Of a stretch of 64,000 nucleotides of DNA, positions 52,158 through 62,095 are shown one piece after another. The stretch is taken from IMG/VR virus record IMGVR_UViG_3300025889_000109, positions 1,292 through 65,291 of that record, one strand, 5' to 3'. This stretch comes from a virus (taxonomy: Duplodnaviria; Caudoviricetes). The translations under genes and the position numbers were made by a program. The notes beneath the pieces were generated by a model, which saw only the letters and a list, made by a program, of their open reading frames with translations, had not been told where the DNA came from and did no database searches. Each line of letters opens with the position of its first letter. The first letter of the stretch is position 1.

Positions 52158-55100
52158 CTTGTTTTTCTTGTATTTCTAGAACCTCTGGTTCTTGATTTTG
52201 AACTTTTATATATTACTCCTGATTTTTTAGTTTGTTTTTCAATCATACCTAAATCCCATTCAGACCATCCAAGTGATAATGCTATTGATTGCCATAATTC
52301 TGTTTCAGGTTTCATAGCAGTATAAATATGATCAGCTTTTTGCACAATTCTATCAACAGGTATATTTGCTACTGCAGATATAACTTGACCACCAGCTAAA
52401 AATGCTGGATTTTCTAAATTAAAGCCTTCAGTAAATACTTTTTCTTTTGATTGTTTATAAGTAAAAGTTTTGCCGGCTGATATTAATTTACGTAATTTAG
52501 AATTTACAGGTGGTGAAATTGTGGTTGCTGCGATTGCCGCTTGAGTATAATCAGGGCGGCTTGACTTAGCTTGATCAATTATTTCCATTATTACGTTTTT
52601 AGCGGTTGATGCTACAGCACCATAAACTCCAGCGCCGCGTAAAAATGTATCAAGCATTGAATTCCCAACTTTAAAATATCTTTCTTTTTCTTTTTCATCT
52701 TCTTCATCAGAAAATAATAAAGCAAAAAGACCTTGTTGTAAAGCAGAGAATATTATATTCTGTATTACACCATAATACATAATCTTACTTACATTTGTCT
52801 TCCAATCTCCTCTATTATTTATTAAATCTAATGCGGCCTTCTTTTGAATGCGAGCATATTGCATTGGTGTATTACCCCAAGCAAGTATTAAACGCCCTAA
52901 AGAACTTGCTTGTTGCATTGAAATTCTATCGGGTCTTGCAGATTGTTGAGACTCTTCAGCTGTTTCTTGAAAATCTTCAAATGCTTTCTTTTGTGCTTCT
53001 TCTTGCGTTAGTCCCTCTTTTAAATATTTATTTATTCTATTGCGATAAAATGTTGCACCACCAGAAGCGATAGCAAATGAGTCAGCAATTTGAGTTGGTG
53101 TAAATCCAGCTTTTAATATTGTACTTAATACTGCTTTAGCTTTATTTTTAGAGGTAGCTGCCGCATTAGCAATTTCATCAGCATTAATATCTATTTGTAA
53201 ACCAGACCTTCTTTGCTTTAAAAAGTCTGATGTAAATAATTCAACAAAATCTGACCAATATTGTTTTTGATTAGCAAAAGCTTTAGCAGCATTTATTGGA
53301 TTATTATCTGTAAAATTAATAAAGTTAATTGCAGATATTGTTTGAAGTAATGCAGAACGAGAGTTAAAGAACATTACAGTTCCAACGGAATTATTAATCC
53401 ATTCTTGAAATGCTCTTTCTTTTTTAGTAACACCCATTCTTTTATTTCTGCCATTCCACATTCTATAAAGCATGTCATCTAATGACTCTATATATGATGT
53501 TCCGTATAACGCCTTAAGTTTATTTTTATTTTTATCAGAAAATATTATATCAACATTATCCTTCCATGGTTGCAAATATTCTTTTCTTTTTACATCATTG
53601 ATATAAGAAACAAGGTCAGTTGTAATATCTCCTGCTGTCCAACCTGATGTAGGATCAGGATAACCATCAACATTTAATACCATTAATTTATCAGCAAAAG
53701 CTTTTAAAGCAGCATTATTACGAATATATTTTAAATTATCATTTAAATCGGCTTTACTCATACCCATTTCTTTTGATGTCATATCAACGCCTTGAGTATG
53801 CCAAATATATATACGTACAGAGTCTTGATTTCTAAAACCAGTTTCGTTTTGTTTATTTAAACCAGCTGGCACATCTTTTTTAATTTGTGCTTTTAAATCT
53901 GCCCAATCCCTAAGTGCTCTTTGTTTAGCAGCTTCATATTGTTGAATACCACGAGAAAATGGTTTTAATAAGTTTTCCTTATACCATTCCATCTGTGCAT
54001 CACCAGTTTTGCCTTTGCCTAAAGTTGTGTATAGCAAACCTACAAAATCATCAGCATCATAAGGTACAAAGAATTTAAATTTACCTTTACCTCTTCCTAA
54101 AAGTTCTGCTTTAACAGGTGAATATTCTTTATAAAATTCTACGCCTGTAGAATCTTGTAATATTTTATTAAATTCAGTATCTAATGATTTAGAGGCTTTT
54201 ACAGCTTGCGATCTATATTTTATATCATATGCAGATAATGTTTCTGCTACGGCTTTAACATTTTTCAATGCATCATCAGCAAAATATACATCATTATACC
54301 CTAAATTTAATTTAGAAGCAATCCAGTCAGCTTTTGCTTGCGGCGAACCGTTTCCTAAGCCAATTATATTTTCTAGTCTAAATGGCAACCCTAAACCTTC
54401 TAAGAAAGGTTGTATTGCATATTTAGCTTCAGCTGGTCTTGCAGTTAATATAAATAAATCCTCATCACCTCTTTTATCCAATATAGCTTTTGCTACATCA
54501 AACATAGGGCCTTTTTCACCTTCAATAACTTTACTAAATTCAGTAAAATCAAATTCAGCTCCTTGTTGCAATAAATCATCACCTTGTTTTGCAAATTGTT
54601 CAGCATTTAATTTTCCTTTAGTGCCGTCAGGCATTGTGTATAATACATTAGATTTAGATCTTGCTAGTGTATCATCAAAATCAAATACTCTTAATTTTTT
54701 ATTTGTTGATTTAGAAGGTTTTATTACTAAACTTTCTGTTAATAAATCTTCTAATTCTAACTTAGGTAAATTTTCATTATTAAAAATTTCAATAACTTCT
54801 TTTTGATTATATCTTATTACATTTACGCTACTGCCTTTTATTAAATCACCATTTTTATCCCTTGGCCCATTACTTTTAAAACCGGTAGAATTTATAATTT
54901 TATCATAAGATTTAGGTATTATAGCCACTCTAAATCCTTGCATAATATCATTAAATGTAAATTTATAGTCTTTTATAGTTATATATTTAGCTAAATCGGT
55001 TAAAGTGTCAGATGCTGTTTGTGTATGTTCATATCTATAATCACTATCGGTTAAACCATCTATTTTAAATTGCAACCCTGGATAAGCAGCCGTTCTAATT

Positions 55101-58100
55101 AAAGCATTTATGCTAGAATTAAATGTAGCTAAAATCATACCTACATCATTTTTCGTAATTTCATTATTTGTATATAACTGCTTTATAGAATTTATAATTT
55201 TTTCTAATCCTTCTCTTTGCGTTTGCGCAAAATATAATCTATTTTTTAATTGTTCCCCTTCAAATTTTCCACTGGTAAATCCTTTTGGTGTTTGATTAGG
55301 GACTGCTAATATTGGTATTTCTTCTCCATTTATATTAACAAATCTTTTTCGCTTTTTATATTCTACACTATTAAATATTTTTTTTGCTTCTTCAAAAAAA
55401 TCTGCTCTTCCTATAAATAAAAATTGATTTGTTCTAAAAGAATTTTCATCATTTGGGTCTTCTAATTCTTTTACAATTAATTTATTTAAATCTTTTTCTG
55501 GTATAAATTTTCCGCCAATTTTACCCCAACCGCCTTGTACTGTGGGTAATAAATATTGAACTGCTTTTTCAGGGCCTAATATTTTTGCTAATTTAAGCAT
55601 TGCTTTTCTAGCAGATAATACTTGATTTTTATTTTTAAAATCTATAGCTCCAGCTGGAAGGTCTAATGCTATTCTAGCTTTACTAAATTTAAAATTAATA
55701 GGTCTACCAATTATACTACTTACTTTGTCTACAAAATTATCTGTTAATTCTATTCCTTGTAATTCTGCAATATCCATTGCTTTTTGCATAATAGCAGGAT
55801 CAGATAATACCTCCATTGTGGCGTCTAAAGCAAATGCTTCTGACAATGCTTCCGCTAAAGCAGTTTTTCTAGCACCTTGAGTTGATCTTCCAACTTCATT
55901 TCCTAAAAAATATTTAATCCATTCAGCTTTACTTATTTTCTTTTTAGTAAATACTTTATTACCTTCTGCTGTTTTTTCTCTAACCTGTTTGCCATCTTTC
56001 ATGACAGGCTCAGCAAATTCTGTTAACCTTTTATTTATTATAGATTGTGGTAATGCATCATATATAGCCTCAAAATTATTAGAAAGAAAAGACCTATAAT
56101 CCTCTGTTCTACCCATTAATTTTGCAATAGGATTTTTAAGTTCTGTTCTAAAACTTTTTTCTAATTCCGTTTTAAAAGCTTTTTCTGTAATACTTGGTAA
56201 TTTTGTTCCAAAAGTTTTTCTTACCGCATCAAATACAATTGGTTTAATTTCATCACCAATATTCATTTTTTTGCGTAAACTTTGTAATTTTTCAGATGGT
56301 TTTTCTATAACCTCTTCTGTAATTTCTTCTGTAGTTGTATCTGTAATACCTTTAGCTTCAGTTACATCTAATTTAAAATCAGTGTCTAATATACGATTAG
56401 CTGCTTCAATAGCTCTTTTTTCTAATTGGCCTTGAATATATGTATTTAAAGTAGCCCCCTTAGATATGTCATATTTTTGTATTAAATCTAATAATCCTCT
56501 TGGGCCTAATTCAATTTCACTTTGTAATAATTCAAAATCAAATCCAGGAACATTTTTATATTTATTTGTTATACGCGCAGTTAAAGGTTTATAGGCTTTT
56601 ATTATTTCAGCAGCACCTTCTTTACCTTTTTCTTCATATATTTGATTTACTTTAATTGCTTCAGAAGCTTTAGATTTTAATATATCTCTTTTTTGTTGTT
56701 TTTGAGTTTTTGTAGAAATCAAAGAACCTGATATTTCACCTTTTGCTATTTTAATTTGTTGTAAGGTTAATGTGCCTTTTTCTAAAGAAGAATTAATATC
56801 TTTTATAAAATTTAACACATCTTGTCCTTTATCAAATTTTGCAGTAATACCTATAGTACCAATAGCTTTTCTTATTAATCCACTTATATTATCATCAACA
56901 ATTTTTATATCACCAGTTTTTAATGCATCAGAAAATAAAGTCAATATTTCTTCTGCTTTTGAAGCTTTATCAATACTTTTATCTTTTTTATATTGATTTA
57001 ATCTTTGTCTAAATTCTGAATTTTTTATTTGTTCAGGATCTAATCTATTAAGTTCTTCTTCTAATGCTTTTCCTAAATTTAATGCAGTTTCAGGGTTATT
57101 TTTTAAAGATTGAAATAAAAGGGCATGGATAAACTCATGATTAGCTACATTAACTCCCACTCTGCTTTTAGCAGCTTGTTCTTTATTTATAATAATTATT
57201 TGTTTATCAGTATTTTTATCTTGTATTATAAAACCATAATCATTAGATCCCTTTTTGTATTCATCAGAATAATTATTTTTTTCTATAAATTCATTTATTT
57301 GATCAGCATTATTAAAAGCTTGAATATCTAAATTTTGAACATATTTTGCCGCTTGTTGTGTTTTATCAATACCTTTTGAAACATCTTCAGCATTTTTTCT
57401 TATATTATATATAGCATTTTGTGCTTGATTTGCTTTTTGTTGTAATTCTAATATTAATTCTTTTTTTATTTCATCAGATAATTCATTATTAGAATTTATT
57501 CTTTTAATTTCATTAGCTGTAGAAATTAAAGTTTTAGAATAATTATCAATATCATTTATTTGATTTTCTGTTAAAGCAAATACAATTTTATTATTTTTTT
57601 CAACAGATGATTTAAGCTCTGTTATTATAGTATTTTGTCTATCAGTAATAAGTTTTATATCTTTTTCAGAAATGCCTTTTTGCATTTTAGATCTTTCTAG
57701 CATTCCAAATAAAGATACTTTTTCAGCAATAAAGTCTTGCTCTTCTTTTGTTCTTATATTAGAAGCCGCTACTATACCTTTTCCAGCTAACGAAAAGCCT
57801 GTTGCGCCAAATGCTCCTTGTAAAAAGCTTTCAATACCCTCTTTTGATTTCATAAAAGCCCAGGCATCATCCTCAGCTTCAATTAAATTTTTTCCTTCGG
57901 CTAAAGATGTATTAATATTTTCTAATCCGACATCAAACCATTCTTGTAGACCATTCGTGCCTGTTGTTAATCCTAAATCAACAATATTTTTTAATACAGA
58001 AGTTGAAGAATTAAATATTGAATTTGAAATTTTTTCTAGCCCTGCTTTTTCTAAACCCCATCTTAAAACACCAATTGCTGCCGGCGTAAACATTTCTAAT

Positions 58101-59050
58101 TTACCTGCAGCAGCTAATTCTTCTAAATTTTTTCCAGTAGTTTCTGAAACTTTTCTATTATAATCAGCAACTGTTTGCCCAACAATTTCTAATCCTAATC
58201 CAGCACCAAAAGTTAGCCCGCTTACTGCCATGCTAGATCCTACGTTTGCAAAAGCATTTATTAAAGCCCCTGCTCCAAATTTTATATTTTCTTTTATTGT
58301 TTTGTCCTTGCCTATATCTGTAAAGCCATAGGCAGGCTCTATCATGCGAGAATACGTTTTTAATTTATTTTCAACTTTACCTAATTGTACTCTATTATAT
58401 TCATTTATTTTTTTACCCGTTTTTTCGCCAAATATATTGTAAACTATATCTGTATCTGAAAGTAAAAAATGATATAAATATTCTCCATAATCATCAATTT
58501 GAGCAAACCTATTCATAGCCTGCCCAGCTGTATTTGAAATTGATTGACCTAAAGTTTTTGGAAGTTCTTTTTGTTTTTTTCTTTCTTCTAATTCAGCCGC
58601 AGAAACTCTTTGTGTTTCTTCATATTCTGTTATTGGTAAAAGCTGGCCTTGATCTTTAGGTAACATTTTTGGTATACCCATAAGATCCAAAGCGGCAGAA
58701 GCTTCTCTTGATTTATACTCATTTGCGGTTATTATAACTTCTTCTAGTTCAACAGGTTTTACTGCCCAATTGTATTCATCAATTTGCTCTCCTCTTAAAA
58801 TAATTTCACCTTCCTTTGTGTATTCCGATAAACCATTTTCCGGCTTGGAATCCATAACGGGTGCTGCATTTTCCTCCACAACCGCACCCGGTGTTGTGGG
58901 AGTTGTCTTTCCCAATTCTGCTGGTTTTCTTTTATCAATTAAACCATCTTGTTTTGCTTTTTCAATATAAGAATCAATATCCATATTAGATTCTTTTGCT
59001 GATTCTTCTACTTGCTCTAAAGTAATAGGCATTCCGTCAAATTCAAACAT
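52154..59050 (-). CDS. Giant multidomain protein (2298 aa), putative ejection protein: zincin HExxH, sigma-region-2-like segment, HAD domain
   Basis: HEFIH (57125-57139); AYKPL..I..KY..DFE..GLL..IQKYD.SKG..LNTYI (about 56385-56615); VFDFDDTL..ILTAR..K..FADD (about 54230-54695); third and largest gene of an ejection-like trio. Confidence 0.65.
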   Translation of the reverse strand: MFEFDGMPITLEQVEESAKESNMDIDSYIEKAKQDGLIDKRKPAELGKTTPTTPGAVVEENAAPVMDSKPENGLSEYTKEGEIILRGEQIDEYNWAVKPVELEEVIITANEYKSREASAALDLMGIPKMLPKDQGQLLPITEYEETQRVSAAELEERKKQKELPKTLGQSISNTAGQAMNRFAQIDDYGEYLYHFLLSDTDIVYNIFGEKTGKKINEYNRVQLGKVENKLKTYSRMIEPAYGFTDIGKDKTIKENIKFGAGALINAFANVGSSMAVSGLTFGAGLGLEIVGQTVADYNRKVSETTGKNLEELAAAGKLEMFTPAAIGVLRWGLEKAGLEKISNSIFNSSTSVLKNIVDLGLTTGTNGLQEWFDVGLENINTSLAEGKNLIEAEDDAWAFMKSKEGIESFLQGAFGATGFSLAGKGIVAASNIRTKEEQDFIAEKVSLFGMLERSKMQKGISEKDIKLITDRQNTIITELKSSVEKNNKIVFALTENQINDIDNYSKTLISTANEIKRINSNNELSDEIKKELILELQQKANQAQNAIYNIRKNAEDVSKGIDKTQQAAKYVQNLDIQAFNNADQINEFIEKNNYSDEYKKGSNDYGFIIQDKNTDKQIIIINKEQAAKSRVGVNVANHEFIHALLFQSLKNNPETALNLGKALEEELNRLDPEQIKNSEFRQRLNQYKKDKSIDKASKAEEILTLFSDALKTGDIKIVDDNISGLIRKAIGTIGITAKFDKGQDVLNFIKDINSSLEKGTLTLQQIKIAKGEISGSLISTKTQKQQKRDILKSKASEAIKVNQIYEEKGKEGAAEIIKAYKPLTARITNKYKNVPGFDFELLQSEIELGPRGLLDLIQKYDISKGATLNTYIQGQLEKRAIEAANRILDTDFKLDVTEAKGITDTTTEEITEEVIEKPSEKLQSLRKKMNIGDEIKPIVFDAVRKTFGTKLPSITEKAFKTELEKSFRTELKNPIAKLMGRTEDYRSFLSNNFEAIYDALPQSIINKRLTEFAEPVMKDGKQVREKTAEGNKVFTKKKISKAEWIKYFLGNEVGRSTQGARKTALAEALSEAFALDATMEVLSDPAIMQKAMDIAELQGIELTDNFVDKVSSIIGRPINFKFSKARIALDLPAGAIDFKNKNQVLSARKAMLKLAKILGPEKAVQYLLPTVQGGWGKIGGKFIPEKDLNKLIVKELEDPNDENSFRTNQFLFIGRADFFEEAKKIFNSVEYKKRKRFVNINGEEIPILAVPNQTPKGFTSGKFEGEQLKNRLYFAQTQREGLEKIINSIKQLYTNNEITKNDVGMILATFNSSINALIRTAAYPGLQFKIDGLTDSDYRYEHTQTASDTLTDLAKYITIKDYKFTFNDIMQGFRVAIIPKSYDKIINSTGFKSNGPRDKNGDLIKGSSVNVIRYNQKEVIEIFNNENLPKLELEDLLTESLVIKPSKSTNKKLRVFDFDDTLARSKSNVLYTMPDGTKGKLNAEQFAKQGDDLLQQGAEFDFTEFSKVIEGEKGPMFDVAKAILDKRGDEDLFILTARPAEAKYAIQPFLEGLGLPFRLENIIGLGNGSPQAKADWIASKLNLGYNDVYFADDALKNVKAVAETLSAYDIKYRSQAVKASKSLDTEFNKILQDSTGVEFYKEYSPVKAELLGRGKGKFKFFVPYDADDFVGLLYTTLGKGKTGDAQMEWYKENLLKPFSRGIQQYEAAKQRALRDWADLKAQIKKDVPAGLNKQNETGFRNQDSVRIYIWHTQGVDMTSKEMGMSKADLNDNLKYIRNNAALKAFADKLMVLNVDGYPDPTSGWTAGDITTDLVSYINDVKRKEYLQPWKDNVDIIFSDKNKNKLKALYGTSYIESLDDMLYRMWNGRNKRMGVTKKERAFQEWINNSVGTVMFFNSRSALLQTISAINFINFTDNNPINAAKAFANQKQYWSDFVELFTSDFLKQRRSGLQIDINADEIANAAATSKNKAKAVLSTILKAGFTPTQIADSFAIASGGATFYRNRINKYLKEGLTQEEAQKKAFEDFQETAEESQQSARPDRISMQQASSLGRLILAWGNTPMQYARIQKKAALDLINNRGDWKTNVSKIMYYGVIQNIIFSALQQGLFALLFSDEEDEKEKERYFKVGNSMLDTFLRGAGVYGAVASTAKNVIMEIIDQAKSSRPDYTQAAIAATTISPPVNSKLRKLISAGKTFTYKQSKEKVFTEGFNLENPAFLAGGQVISAVANIPVDRIVQKADHIYTAMKPETELWQSIALSLGWSEWDLGMIEKQTKKSGVIYKSSKSRTRGSRNTRKTR

Positions 59051-59060
59051 ATTTTTTTAT

Positions 59061-60464
59061 TTAATTATATCTTGGTAAAATACTAGGAAGAAAAGCTTTT
59101 TGTATTTGATTTAATTGTTCGTCTGTTAAAGGATAATTATTAATATTATAAATTAAATCAACATCATTTTTATAATCGTATGATGCAATATATTTTGCGA
59201 GCGCTGCCACACCCTCTTTTGTTTTTAAATCAAATTGTGCATTTATTACCTTATTGTTATCTTTATCAAGATCATAAAAAGTAATTTTATTATTTTTAAC
59301 TTCAGTTTTATCAGGCATACCGCTTTTTTCAATAGCTTTTATTGGATCAGATATTATAGAAGTTATTGTTTGATCAGTAATATCTTTATTGCGCTGTCTT
59401 TTTTTATCCGCTTCTGTACCTGTATCAAATTTATCAGCATAATCTTTTTTATAATCTTCATATGCATCTGTAGCCGCCTTTTTTAATTGGCTTTTAACCC
59501 ATAAATTTAAATCTTCAGGTTCACCAAACTTTCCATCATTATCCATATCAATATTGCTTTTAAATTTAGCAATATCTATATTACCATTTTTATCTGTAAA
59601 ATCCGCTATAGTAACATATTCTGGCATTTCTTTTCCTAAATAATCAAATGCGATTGACAAAGCTTGCTCAGGCGTAAAATTTAACCCAGATATAGTCGCA
59701 TCAATATCTTTGTTAAAACTATCTAAAGACTTACCTTTGCTTGCGGCTTTATCAGCAGCAGCGTTAACAGTAGTAAAAGCTGCAGTAAAAGCTTCAGTGT
59801 CTACAGGTATATAAGTTGGATTTGCAATTTCATCAAATGGTATTTCAAAATTTTTATTATTTACTTTTACTTTTGCTATAATTTTACTCCTTCCTTCTTC
59901 GTCTTTTTCTGTTGGAGAAAAACCAAGCTCAAATTTTCCACCCATAATTTGATTAGAAATTTCTATATCTTCAGATGAATTAATCATACTAGGCTCTGCA
60001 TCTAAATAATTTTTTAATATTTTAGGCATTGCATTTGCTATATCATTGCCCCTTTTAACATCCTCATTTATGCTTTCTCGTATCATAACAGCTCCAGCTT
60101 CACCAATATCTCCTCTTAAAATGCGATCATTTAATTCTTTTGTTCTATTTTTAGCATCTTTCATCATTAAAGTTAATAAAGCTTTAGATTGGACAGGCAT
60201 AGTATCTATAGACCACTCGGCTTTTTGAATTTTATCTAAAGTTTTTGCTGCTAGATTTTGTCTATTTTCTAAAGCCTTTCTAAAAGCCTCTGCCTCTAAT
60301 TTTCTTTTTTCAAATCTAAGCTCTTGTTGTTTTAATTGCTTAGCTTGTTGTCTTTCAAAAGCCATTTGTCCTTTTTCAACAGCAGGTGTAATACTAACAT
60401 ATTGTTCTGCGCTTGCAGCCCCTACTTTTTGCGCTAAACTTGGATTATAATATCTTGATGCCAT
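59061..60464 (-). CDS. Putative internal virion/ejection protein
   Basis: 467 aa, coiled-coil N-terminus; between the 234-aa and 2298-aa genes. Confidence 0.5.
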   Translation of the reverse strand: MASRYYNPSLAQKVGAASAEQYVSITPAVEKGQMAFERQQAKQLKQQELRFEKRKLEAEAFRKALENRQNLAAKTLDKIQKAEWSIDTMPVQSKALLTLMMKDAKNRTKELNDRILRGDIGEAGAVMIRESINEDVKRGNDIANAMPKILKNYLDAEPSMINSSEDIEISNQIMGGKFELGFSPTEKDEEGRSKIIAKVKVNNKNFEIPFDEIANPTYIPVDTEAFTAAFTTVNAAADKAASKGKSLDSFNKDIDATISGLNFTPEQALSIAFDYLGKEMPEYVTIADFTDKNGNIDIAKFKSNIDMDNDGKFGEPEDLNLWVKSQLKKAATDAYEDYKKDYADKFDTGTEADKKRQRNKDITDQTITSIISDPIKAIEKSGMPDKTEVKNNKITFYDLDKDNNKVINAQFDLKTKEGVAALAKYIASYDYKNDVDLIYNINNYPLTDEQLNQIQKAFLPSILPRYN

Positions 60465-60479
60465 AATTAAAATTTATTT

Positions 60480-61184
60480 TTAGCCATAATTTTGATCTTC
60501 ACCACCAAAACCTGGAACGCCTTTAGCCCCAAGAAATGCAGCGCCGCCGGCCCCAACAGCCTCAGAAACTCCGCCAATCAAATCTTGTTTAGCCTGTTGT
60601 CTTGCATAATCAGTTCTTAATTTTTCTTCAGCTGACATACCAAGTAATGTTTCTGTTCTTCCTAATTCAAACTCTTGCTGTTGAGCAGCGCCTGCAGCTT
60701 CCAGCTGTTGTAACCTAGATGCTTCTCTCGCTTTCATCATTTCTATTTCTTTTTCTTGCTGGCTAATACTAGCAGATGCAGCTTGTAAATTTGATGCTTG
60801 TTGTTTTGCTAAAGCTTGAGCCAATGCTGCAGCACCCATTCCTCCTCCTCCGCTTTTTAACGCTTCTAATGTTTGAGCTAAGCCTTGTTGCTCTTGTTGT
60901 GCTTGAAAATCTGCTGCTGCAGTTGATACTTTTAAATCTTCAAAAGTATTTTCTAAATTAGCATAAGGATTAGTAAATTGAAAACTTTCATAAGCTTGTT
61001 TTCTTTGCCCTAATTCTAAATTAGCCGCTTTTTGTGCTCTTTTTCTTTTTCCAGAGCCAAACATAGAGCCAACAGATTTAATTATGCCAGGAGCCGCTGC
61101 AATAGCCGCTATAGCTAATGGTGCAATTGCTTTATGCACATTAGGATCATTTGTTCCAAATAAAAAATCAATTAATATATTCAT
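60480..61184 (-). CDS. Putative DNA pilot/ejection protein
   Basis: Ala/Gly/Gln-rich with hydrophobic Gly-rich ends. Confidence 0.55.
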   Translation of the reverse strand: MNILIDFLFGTNDPNVHKAIAPLAIAAIAAAPGIIKSVGSMFGSGKRKRAQKAANLELGQRKQAYESFQFTNPYANLENTFEDLKVSTAAADFQAQQEQQGLAQTLEALKSGGGGMGAAALAQALAKQQASNLQAASASISQQEKEIEMMKAREASRLQQLEAAGAAQQQEFELGRTETLLGMSAEEKLRTDYARQQAKQDLIGGVSEAVGAGGAAFLGAKGVPGFGGEDQNYG

Positions 61185-61185
61185 C

Positions 61186-61503
61186 TTAATTACTGCTTAA
61201 AAATACTTCTGAACTAACTGCAAATATTTCAGCTTCAGAAGTTGATTCGTTCTTAAATTCTACTTCGGCATAATAACCTATTAAGCCAGATGTGTTTATT
61301 TGACTGTCTTTACCAAAAAATATAAAAGATGTTGGTAATAAGCCAGTTGCATCTCCATCAATAGTACATACAATAGAGCCGGTATTTATTTCACCAACAG
61401 GGCCTATTCTTTTTACAGTTCCGTTGTCATTATAATAAATAATATCACCAATCTGCAAAGATGCGTTTTTATTAAAACTAGTATTTAGTGTTATTTGACT
61501 CAT
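61186..61503 (-). CDS. Conserved structural-type protein
   Basis: N.SLQIGD..Y...F.KD...N.SGL.GYYA...E.FAV.SE. Confidence 0.55.
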   Translation of the reverse strand: MSQITLNTSFNKNASLQIGDIIYYNDNGTVKRIGPVGEINTGSIVCTIDGDATGLLPTSFIFFGKDSQINTSGLIGYYAEVEFKNESTSEAEIFAVSSEVFLSSN

Positions 61504-61549
61504 ATTGTTATTATTACATTTTAATCAAGCATGTTAAAAGTTTTTTACT

Positions 61550-62095
61550 CTATTGTAATAAGAATCCTGAAATTTGTAGTGTAAATTTATCTTTCATGCC
61601 CGCATTAGCAGATAAATGCAATGGTTTTGAATCCCATATATAGCCATCACCAGCCTTCCAGTTGTCAGATGTTTTCCAAATATTATCTTCTTCTGATTTA
61701 TATTGTAGCATATGCCCTACTTTCCAGTCTTCAAGATATATATTAGCTCTAACCTTTAATCTTTTATCATCAGGAAATTTTTTATTTATTTGATAAAAAG
61801 TATCTCTATGTAAAGCAATTGTATTACCAGGAGGTTGTAAAATGCTTGATATTGTAACAACTTCTATACCTGTTTGGTTACCTAATTCTTTAAAATCAAC
61901 TTGTTTGTCCGTATACCAAAGCTGTTGTATTACAGTATTATCTTTAGTTAAAGTTTCTCCAAGTCCGTATTCTTCATGTATATCAGTAAGCTCGTGTAAT
62001 TGATGCGCTAAACAAGTTCCTTTATGTACTGAGTAGTCTTGCATTGGAGGTAAAAAGTAACTCCAATCATAATTTAATTTTATTTTTCTTAACAT
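61550..62095 (-). CDS. 2OG-Fe(II) oxygenase/cupin (Asp/Asn beta-hydroxylase-like)
   Basis: PG..I.LHRD (HxD)...WK.GD...W....H..AN.G. Confidence 0.7.
   Translation of the reverse strand: MLRKIKLNYDWSYFLPPMQDYSVHKGTCLAHQLHELTDIHEEYGLGETLTKDNTVIQQLWYTDKQVDFKELGNQTGIEVVTISSILQPPGNTIALHRDTFYQINKKFPDDKRLKVRANIYLEDWKVGHMLQYKSEEDNIWKTSDNWKAGDGYIWDSKPLHLSANAGMKDKFTLQISGFLLQ

Noticed and set aside
54660-54695. DFDD motif in the 2298-aa protein as a crAss-like virion RNA polymerase active site
   Set aside because: The context is VFDFDDTL followed by TAR, K and DD motifs, which is a HAD signature; no DxDxD polymerase loop was seen
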